DNA from: Candidatus Micrarchaeota archaeon
GTDB taxonomy: Archaea; Micrarchaeota; Micrarchaeia; Micrarchaeales; CABMGC01
Assembly: GCA_027319905.1 (NCBI GenBank)
Contig: DAHVMJ010000008.1
Coordinates: 1-33,179 of the forward strand
DNA: 33,179 nt
Reading direction: 5' to 3'
Below, one piece after another: positions 27,119 to 33,179 of the stretch. The position numbers and the translations under genes are program-made. The first letter of the stretch is position 1, and each line of letters begins with the position of its first letter. The notes under the pieces are model-generated. The model saw only the letters and a list, made by a program, of their open reading frames with translations. It was not told the origin of the DNA and made no database searches.

Positions 27119-27940
27119 TTGGCAAGAAGACCGTCGTTTGCTGGCACATTCTATCCAGCGGATCCCAAGGAGCTCGAAGAGCTGATAGCAAAGCAGATGC
27201 TCAAGGCCGATACCATGGCGCTGGCGGAAACGAAGGCGTTCGTGGCCCCGCACGCAGGTTACCACTACTCCGGCCAGGTCGCGGCATACACCTACGCCGC
27301 TCTGCAGCAGGCTCACGCAAAGAAGAAGTTCGACACGCTTGTTGTCATAGGGCCAAACCACACAGGCTACGGCAGGCCCATCGCGGTATCGTTGGACGAC
27401 TGGCAGACGCCGCTCGGCACCGTGAAGAACGACCGCGAGCTGTCTGAGACGATTGCAGGCATGCCAGACATGTATGCGGATGAGATAGCTCACGCGTTCG
27501 AGCATTCTGTCGAGGTGCAGCTCCCGTTCATACAGAAGACGATAGGCGAGGTGAAGTGCGTCTTCATCTGCATGGGGGACCAGTCCTACGAGGCCAGCGT
27601 TGCACTTACAAGCGCGATAGTGTCCGCTGCAAAGAACAAGGGCAGGAAGATAACGATACTTGCAAGTTCTGATTTCAACCACCACGAATCTGCTGTAGTG
27701 GCCAAAAAGAAGGATGCGCCTGCAATAGACGCAGCGTTGAAGCTTGATCCCGAGGGTTTCCACGAACTCATTCGCAAGAGCGGAGACAGCGCGTGCGGCT
27801 TCGGTCCTATAACAGTGGCCGCGATGTTCGCGAGAAGGAGCGGGGCGAAGTCTGGCATGCTGCTCAAGTACGCAACATCGGGTGACGTCACAAACGACTA
27901 CAGCTCAGTGGTCGCATACGCGAGCATAGTCTTCGGCTAG
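27119..27940 (+). CDS. amrB: AmmeMemoRadiSam system protein B (MEMO1 family)
   Basis: R.P..AG.FYP, APHAGY.YSG, GPNH, EHS.EVQLPF, ASSDFNH, ACG.GP and YATSGD...VV.YA motifs; TTG start. Confidence 0.94.
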   Translation: MARRPSFAGTFYPADPKELEELIAKQMLKADTMALAETKAFVAPHAGYHYSGQVAAYTYAALQQAHAKKKFDTLVVIGPNHTGYGRPIAVSLDDWQTPLGTVKNDRELSETIAGMPDMYADEIAHAFEHSVEVQLPFIQKTIGEVKCVFICMGDQSYEASVALTSAIVSAAKNKGRKITILASSDFNHHESAVVAKKKDAPAIDAALKLDPEGFHELIRKSGDSACGFGPITVAAMFARRSGAKSGMLLKYATSGDVTNDYSSVVAYASIVFG

Positions 27941-28854
27941 GGCGTTGTGTAGCTGCTTGCCCACTGGTTCGTGTAGGACATGCTGACTGGCGTACCAGAG
28001 TTTGGCGCTCCACTGTTGTTATTTCCGCTATAGTCATTGGCGTTGCCGTTGAGCGGCCACCAGCCGACGAGGTTCTGCAGCTTGATGGGAGCGCCGCCGA
28101 TGCCTTCGAGGTAGAGTGCCTGGATCTCATTTGCAGATAGTGAGGTGTTGTAGATTTGTATGTTGGCCATACTGCCGATGAAGTCATTTGCGCCGCAGGA
28201 GCTTCCCACCATCAAACCATTGCCATTGTAAACCAAACTCGGTGTGCTGCTTGAAAAAGTGCCGCTAGAAACATTTTTGCCATCCAGATATATCGACCAG
28301 CCAGTTGCTATGAATGTAGTGACTATGTTATACCATGTATACTGCGATGGAACGGCAGAAGAGACATAGTTCACCCCCGTGGTGATAAATGCCGTGCCAG
28401 TACCTATGTCTCCGTGCAATTCGCCGTTTTGAACCTGCATGTCGAAAGTATCGTCTCCCTCGCACCTTGAAGTGAGCATCTCCTCATCGTAAGATGTTGT
28501 AAGAGGTAACGACGATGAAAACCACCAGTTCACAGAAAACTGACCGCTTACTGCTAGCGTTGAAGAATAAGGCACTTCTATGTACTGGTTTCCATTTTGT
28601 CCATTCGACTGCAATACATACTGCGGAAGCTCTCCATTGCACACTCCCTCTAGGTTGATGAACTGCGCGCTGCCGGGGCCGTTCGGCCTGAAGACCTGGC
28701 ACGCGCCCGGCGGAGCCCGAGGGGCGAAAGTGGAGGCGTTGAAGACGCCGAGCTGGAATAGGGCTCCGAGAACCACGGCGATTATGAGTATGGCCCATCC
28801 GTAGGTCATGAGGTACTCCATGGCCGACTGCATTCTCATCAGTCTAGGTCGCAT
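27937..28854 (-). CDS. LamG/concanavalin-like jellyroll protein with a class III (pilin-like) signal peptide
   Basis: RMQSAMEYLMTYGWAILIIAVVLGALFQLG N-terminus; LamG core WYNIV.T...IYLDG...F.GS.ANIQIYN..LS..EI..LY; C-terminal LVGWWPLNG..NDYSG. Start may be ATG 28839. Confidence 0.85.
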   Translation of the reverse strand: MRPRLMRMQSAMEYLMTYGWAILIIAVVLGALFQLGVFNASTFAPRAPPGACQVFRPNGPGSAQFINLEGVCNGELPQYVLQSNGQNGNQYIEVPYSSTLAVSGQFSVNWWFSSSLPLTTSYDEEMLTSRCEGDDTFDMQVQNGELHGDIGTGTAFITTGVNYVSSAVPSQYTWYNIVTTFIATGWSIYLDGKNVSSGTFSSSTPSLVYNGNGLMVGSSCGANDFIGSMANIQIYNTSLSANEIQALYLEGIGGAPIKLQNLVGWWPLNGNANDYSGNNNSGAPNSGTPVSMSYTNQWASSYTTP

Positions 28855-28856
28855 CT

Positions 28857-29909
28857 CTACCCCAGCAGCCTCTCGTACACCTTAAGCGTTGCTTCAACCG
28901 TGCGCTTCCAGGTGAAGCTGCGCGCATAGCTGACCGCCTGCTTCGGTGCTGGAGTCGCCACCTTCGCAAGCTCTATCGCCTTCCTCACAACCTCCTCCTC
29001 GCTGCCGCTGAACGCATATCTGCGCACCTCCTTGGGTATGTGGCTGTCCCTCAGGGTGAGCACGTTTGTGCCAGATGCCAGCGCCTCGAGGACTGGCATC
29101 CCGAAGCCCTCGTGCATTGTTAGCTGCAGATAGGCGGCCATCTGAGGCAGATAGCCCGATACCTCCCTTGTCGTGGCTTTGTAGTGCAGCACCACGTTCT
29201 TGCCTGACAGGTTACTGAAGTACTTGAGCGCTATCCTGAGCTGCTCCTGCGCACCCGTGCTCGGGGTGAAGATGTGCAGCTTCGACTCCCTGCTCCTCTC
29301 CACTATCCTGTTGAAAACTTTCAGCAAACCTGGCAGGTTCTTGTGCTTGAGGTGTATGGAGCCCACATAGGCGAAGTCCTTGCGGTCTCCCTTCCATACC
29401 TTGTTATGGAAGAACCAGGGATCCACGCCTAGGGGCGTGACCGCATAGCGCTTTCCGGGTTTGTACGCTCGTTGCGCTCTCATGTAGTCCTTGAGCTCGC
29501 CGAGGGTCTGTGAGGAGTTGCATACGTTTGCGTCGCTGCCCGCGTAGTTGCTCAGCGCCCACTTCCTTATCATCGAGCTCGCCACGTTGAAACGCTCCGC
29601 AAGCCTGGGCGTCGCCCTGGCCTGGCTCTCCTCCTCGTACTTGCTGAACAGGCGCATGTCGTGCCACATTATCACCATCTTGGCGTCTCCCTTGCCAATG
29701 TTCGCGACGTCAGGATACATCAGGTGCACTATGTCGGCGTCCTTCGCATTTATGTTAAATAGCGCTCTCAGTGGCCGCGGCGTCTTGCCTGTAGCTATGG
29801 TCCTGAGCTCGACGCGTTCCTTCAGTCCGTTGTAGAGCTCGTAGGAGTATCTGCTTATCCCGTCCCCGGCGCTGAAGTCGAAGTCGTGGCCCACCAGGAG
29901 TACCTTCAC
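28857..29909 (-). CDS. Glycosyltransferase family 4
   Basis: VKVLLV...DGISRYSYEL, HD, YVGSI..KHKN, EGFGMPVLEA and FTWK motifs; likely GTG start at 29909. Confidence 0.9.
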   Translation of the reverse strand: MKVLLVGHDFDFSAGDGISRYSYELYNGLKERVELRTIATGKTPRPLRALFNINAKDADIVHLMYPDVANIGKGDAKMVIMWHDMRLFSKYEEESQARATPRLAERFNVASSMIRKWALSNYAGSDANVCNSSQTLGELKDYMRAQRAYKPGKRYAVTPLGVDPWFFHNKVWKGDRKDFAYVGSIHLKHKNLPGLLKVFNRIVERSRESKLHIFTPSTGAQEQLRIALKYFSNLSGKNVVLHYKATTREVSGYLPQMAAYLQLTMHEGFGMPVLEALASGTNVLTLRDSHIPKEVRRYAFSGSEEEVVRKAIELAKVATPAPKQAVSYARSFTWKRTVEATLKVYERLLG

Positions 29910-29972
29910 GCTATCATTACATACTCCACGACTAACCTTTTTATTCCGTGCGTTCAGGGGAGAGGAAAGCAT

Positions 29973-30233
29973 ATGCAGGATGCGTCAGCAATAGCGATAG
30001 TTTCGGGCAGCGCGTTAAACAACGCCCGACATGCACAAACTTCGTTTTCTGTCGCACGCCGAAATGGCGTTTTTAAAGGCTGCTTTGCAAGTAGTCTGGA
30101 GCTGGTAGCAATGATACTGAAGTACCAAGACGAAGTGGGCCCGGCAACTGTGCCCGCAGACGCTACGAAGCTGACCAAGATGAGCTTGGAAGCCAACGCG
30201 GAAGCCGGAAGACTCATGCGGCTCAAGAGGTAA
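29973..30233 (+). CDS. Small hypothetical protein (86 aa)
   Basis: ATG preceded by GGGGAGAGG; fills an otherwise empty gap; no recognisable motif. Confidence 0.35.
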   Translation: MQDASAIAIVSGSALNNARHAQTSFSVARRNGVFKGCFASSLELVAMILKYQDEVGPATVPADATKLTKMSLEANAEAGRLMRLKR

Positions 30234-30276
30234 TAAGGGTCTCTTGCCTGATTATCGGAGAGAGCCAGCGCAAGCG

Positions 30277-30292
30277 CTTAAAAATGCTTAAA
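30277..30292 (+). promoter_or_regulatory. tRNA promoter (tandem CTTAAA boxes)
   Basis: CTTAAAAATGCTTAAA; the first box is centred about 28 nt upstream of the tRNA-Thr 5' end. Confidence 0.55.
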
Positions 30293-30308
30293 CCGTAGCT
30301 ATTAGCAT

Positions 30309-30380
30309 GCCTCAGTAGCTCAGTGGTAGAGCGCCAGTTTTGTAAACTGGAAGTCGAGGGTTCAATCCCCTCCTGAGGCT
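30309..30380 (+). tRNA. trnT: tRNA-Thr(TGT), no intron, CCA not encoded
   Basis: GCCTCAG TA GCTC AGTGGTA GAGC G CCAGT TTTGTAA ACTGG AAGTC GAGGG TTCAATC CCCTC CTGAGGC T forms a fully paired 72-nt cloverleaf with anticodon TGT and U73. Confidence 0.97.
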
Positions 30381-30491
30381 GGGAGAAAAACGACTTGGGG
30401 GTATGAGCTAAAGGAGCCTAACCCCTCTAGCGTTCTTGATTACCACGAAGCGCTGAAGATGGCCACCAATAATCTGCTTTGCCTTGAACCA

Positions 30492-30893
30492 CTACCTTGA
30501 GGCGTAACCATGTACGGTATAGTTGCCGGAGGCATTTATGCACGAGGCCAAGGGGCGAGCAGCCGCGACAGTTATAATGCTTTCGTTGAGAGGGCACCCA
30601 AAAATTTGCGTGCCATTTGAGTAGAAGAACGACATGTTAGTGAAATTGAATTCGACACCCCTTTCCAAACATTGCTGGCAATAGCTCTGCGCGCGCCACG
30701 TTTCGTTTGTGAACCTGTAGCTAAAGTATGTGGAAGCGTTGCTGACATTTTGTTGCATCACAAAAACGAGTTTTGGTTTCGGCGCGGTGGCAGATGCCGT
30801 CTGCAAAATAAGAACCATAGCCAGGAAAAAGGCAACGGAAGCAAAAATTATGAACGTTGTCCTCATGCCATGAGCCTTATTTCTTCCTTTCAT
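30492..30893 (-). CDS. Small secreted or membrane-anchored hypothetical protein with four Cys and several sequons
   Basis: Hydrophobic signal-like FIIFASVAFFLAMVLIL; CQQC; sequons NVS, NAS, NET, NFT, NMS, NGT, NES, NAS, NYT. Start is ATG 30893 or 30866, not the ORF-track start at 31076, which overlaps the permease gene. Confidence 0.65.
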   Translation of the reverse strand: MKGRNKAHGMRTTFIIFASVAFFLAMVLILQTASATAPKPKLVFVMQQNVSNASTYFSYRFTNETWRAQSYCQQCLERGVEFNFTNMSFFYSNGTQIFGCPLNESIITVAAARPLASCINASGNYTVHGYASR

Positions 30894-31027
30894 ACCATCA
30901 ACACGGATGCGACGTTTATGATTACAAAACTTATTATTATACAAGCGCATGGCCTGCTCGCCCAACGACACATGCCCGCCTGCGCCTCCATGCTGAGTGA
31001 GTTCACAAACTACGGCGGCAGAGGCGC

Positions 31028-32347
31028 TCACAGTTCTCTCAGAGCGTCTATCGGCTGCATCTTGCTTGCGCGCCATGCTGGATAGAGGCCGGCTATGACG
31101 CTGACCAGTATGGCTATGATGAAAGCGGTGAGTATGGTGCTTATCGGAAAGGCTGGCGAGAAGGTCAGACCAGATGAATTTGGGCTCGACGCGCTGCCGG
31201 CGAATGCCTGGTTGCCTCCTCTCTCTCCTCCGCCGACCACGACGGTGCCGCTTCCTGTCCTTGCGGCGGTCGGACCCCCTGTCTGCTGAGTCGGGGCTCC
31301 GCCGCTCGATCCGCGTCCGAACACTGCCGAGAGCGAGTACGAGACTCCGGCGCCAACTCCTATTCCCATTACTCCCCCCACAACGCCTATGATCAGCGCC
31401 TGGAGCATGAATACGAGCAGCACGTGCTTGTCCTTGAAGCCTATCGCCTTCATTATCCCTATCTCGTGCGTGCGCTCCAGCACCGACATGAGCATTATGT
31501 TCATTATGCCTACCGCTGCTACAAGCAGCGACACTCCCGCTATCACCCCGAAGAGCAGCGAGATCGAGCCTATGACCGTGGATACGGTAGAGAGCAGCTG
31601 CGATATTGTCAGCACCCTAGCCCCGCTGCCGTATACGTCCGTTATCAGCGAGGCTGTGGCGTTGACGCTGCTGAGATTCGAGGCAAGCACGAGCATCTCG
31701 TTGAACGAGTCTCTCTGGAGCAGCAGTTCCGCGGCTTGGAGCGGCACGAAGACAGAGGTGTCTATCGGTATGATGAAGCCGCCGTGCGACTGGAGTATGC
31801 CAACTATCGGCACAGTCACCGTCTGCCCGCTCCTGCCGCCGAGCCTCAGCGACGCGCTCTGGCCCACAGTAATCGTCTGCTGGCCAGCAGCGGTGCTTGG
31901 AAACGCGACGCCGTGCCCCACCACCGCATCAGGCGCTATCGTGTCCTGGAACGCGGTGCCTGCATACATGGTAAGGTTGCCGCCCAGCAGCTGCCTCAGA
32001 CCTTGCGCGGTAATGCCTATCAGTGTGACGCTGGTGTTCTGGTTGCCCGCGTAGAACGAGCCTGAGCCGGTGAGTATGGGAGTGACGCTGGTCACATTTG
32101 GCAAAGTTGCAATTCTGCCCGTATCTGCGGGCGTGAAGCCTGCGGAACCGGTCGATGAGATTATTATGGACGTAGGCCCAAGCGACTCCAGGCTGGAAGA
32201 TATGCTCTGGTTGATGCCCGCTGTAAATGAGGTGAGCGCCACTATTGCAGCGACGCCTATCATCACCATCACTATGGTGAGCATCGTCCTTACCTTCCTC
32301 TCACCCAGATCCCTGTAACTGAGCCAGAGTACGTCCTGCAGGTCCAT
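31028..32347 (-). CDS. ABC transporter permease, MacB/FtsX family
   Basis: RKVRT.LT...V.IGVAA, GIMNIMLMSVLERTHEIGIMKAIG and GLYPAWRASKMQPIDALR motifs. Confidence 0.95.
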   Translation of the reverse strand: MDLQDVLWLSYRDLGERKVRTMLTIVMVMIGVAAIVALTSFTAGINQSISSSLESLGPTSIIISSTGSAGFTPADTGRIATLPNVTSVTPILTGSGSFYAGNQNTSVTLIGITAQGLRQLLGGNLTMYAGTAFQDTIAPDAVVGHGVAFPSTAAGQQTITVGQSASLRLGGRSGQTVTVPIVGILQSHGGFIIPIDTSVFVPLQAAELLLQRDSFNEMLVLASNLSSVNATASLITDVYGSGARVLTISQLLSTVSTVIGSISLLFGVIAGVSLLVAAVGIMNIMLMSVLERTHEIGIMKAIGFKDKHVLLVFMLQALIIGVVGGVMGIGVGAGVSYSLSAVFGRGSSGGAPTQQTGGPTAARTGSGTVVVGGGERGGNQAFAGSASSPNSSGLTFSPAFPISTILTAFIIAILVSVIAGLYPAWRASKMQPIDALREL

Positions 32348-32356
32348 ACTTCTAAC

Positions 32357-33179
32357 CTACTTTGCCTTGCGTGTGCGTTTCCTTTCTTTGTATAGCAGGT
32401 AGCCGAGCGCCGCTACGACTAGTATGAGGAAGAGGATCAAAAGCACCAGCACGCCTCCGGATCCTGCCCTGACAGTCACGGGTCCGCTTCCCGCGCCCGA
32501 TGTCTGCGGACCGAGCGTGCCGCCTATTGTGACGGGTACGTCAATAGTGGTGCTGAGATTCTGCCTGATGTTGTTTAGGTAGTTTATCCTTACAGGTATG
32601 TGGTATGTGCCGGCCTGCAGCGTGTGGTTTGCCAGCAACGTTATTGTGACAGGCGTCTGTGTATCGACGGCCATGTCTCCGACGAACGTTGAGTTGGATC
32701 CGAAGTTGGTGAAACCTGTTGGCGGCATTGCGACCACGCTCACAGCTGAAGCGCCCGCGGTGCCTATGTCGGTGAGCACGAACGAGGCTGAGAAGATGCT
32801 GCCCGCCGTCGGCACGGTGGGCGACAGTGTTATGCTAGAGGGCGTCATGTTGATTATGCCCGTTGAGAGCAGCTGTACGGGCTTGAGTATCTGCACCGGC
32901 TTGGTGCCGTTGAACATGTCTATCGATACGTTCATGGTGAACGACTGCGACGCGTTCCTGTACACGAAGGCGGTTACGTTAACCTGTGTCGATTGGCCCG
33001 GAAGCAGAGTGCCAACCTGCACCGGTTGGTCGCTCAGCACAGCAGCGTCTTGGGCGGGCATAACAGTCTGGACCGAAACTGCGCTCAGGCTGGTGTTGCC
33101 CGTATTCGTGAGGCCAAGCATCACCGTGTCTATCTTGCCTGAAGTTATCGTGTGGTTGACGGAAACGGAGAGCGGAGAC
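32357..33179 (-). CDS. COG1361-type S-layer-like protein (Ig-like repeats, C-terminal TM), 5'-truncated by the window edge
   Basis: Frame stays open to the window end (SPLSVSVNHTITSGKIDTV...); L.N.G...A..V and G.L.PG.S repeats; GTY.IPV.INY; TM plus basic tail; adjacent to a MacB-like permease, as is usual for this family. Confidence 0.8.
   Translation of the reverse strand, partial: SPLSVSVNHTITSGKIDTVMLGLTNTGNTSLSAVSVQTVMPAQDAAVLSDQPVQVGTLLPGQSTQVNVTAFVYRNASQSFTMNVSIDMFNGTKPVQILKPVQLLSTGIINMTPSSITLSPTVPTAGSIFSASFVLTDIGTAGASAVSVVAMPPTGFTNFGSNSTFVGDMAVDTQTPVTITLLANHTLQAGTYHIPVRINYLNNIRQNLSTTIDVPVTIGGTLGPQTSGAGSGPVTVRAGSGGVLVLLILFLILVVAALGYLLYKERKRTRKAK

Noticed and set aside
27080..27763. 227-aa minus-strand ORF, plus the 192-aa ORF at 25837..26415 and the 213-221-aa ORFs at 31389..32065
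   Set aside because: They are antisense shadows of amrB, the BtpA-like gene and the permease.
30396..30460. Short hairpins downstream of tRNA-Thr as an ncRNA
   Set aside because: The stems are short and imperfect, with no C/D, H/ACA, SRP or RNase P hallmarks.
30309..33179. Integrated element (provirus or plasmid) at tRNA-Thr
   Set aside because: No integrase, no duplicated tRNA 3' end and no viral genes were seen in the window.
1..33179. CRISPR arrays, rRNA, tRNA introns and defence systems
   Set aside because: No regularly spaced repeats, rRNA-like tracts, bulge-helix-bulge insertions or recognisable defence domains were found by eye.

Overview
A gene-dense archaeal chromosomal segment (roughly 50-55% GC). 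It is most likely from a DPANN Micrarchaeota-like organism, an inference from the QSAMEYLMTYGWAILI-type LamG pilin-like gene, the A-type ATPase, CCA-less tRNAs and TATA-box promoters. Left to right: (1) a truncated AmmeMemoRadiSam radical SAM gene; (2) an ~11.5 kb cell-surface glycosylation cluster with three GT-C-type membrane proteins, a surface protein with ~29 N-glycosylation sequons, a NodU/CmcH carbamoyltransferase, a Dol-P-type GT2, a GT4 and a sugar nucleotidyltransferase; (3) an orphan gene, tRNA-Val(TAC), a class I aminotransferase and diphthine-ammonia ligase; (4) a complete A1Ao ATP synthase operon (H-I-K-E-C-F-A-B-D); (5) an orphan gene bracketed by a duplicated promoter; (6) an ACT-domain putative regulator divergent, across a palindromic operator-like site, from a two-gene operon encoding a stand-alone glycan-phosphoribosyltransferase-like protein and a BtpA/SgcQ TIM barrel; (7) endonuclease III, MEMO1/AmrB, a mosaic LamG pilin-like gene, a GT4, tRNA-Thr(TGT), an orphan secreted protein, a MacB/FtsX-type permease and a truncated COG1361 S-layer-like gene. 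The best candidate for an undescribed system is the ACT / gPRT-like / BtpA module. The second is carbamoylated surface-glycan biosynthesis. No CRISPR array, integrase, transposase, intein or rRNA was seen. All family calls come from motif recognition by eye, without database searches.
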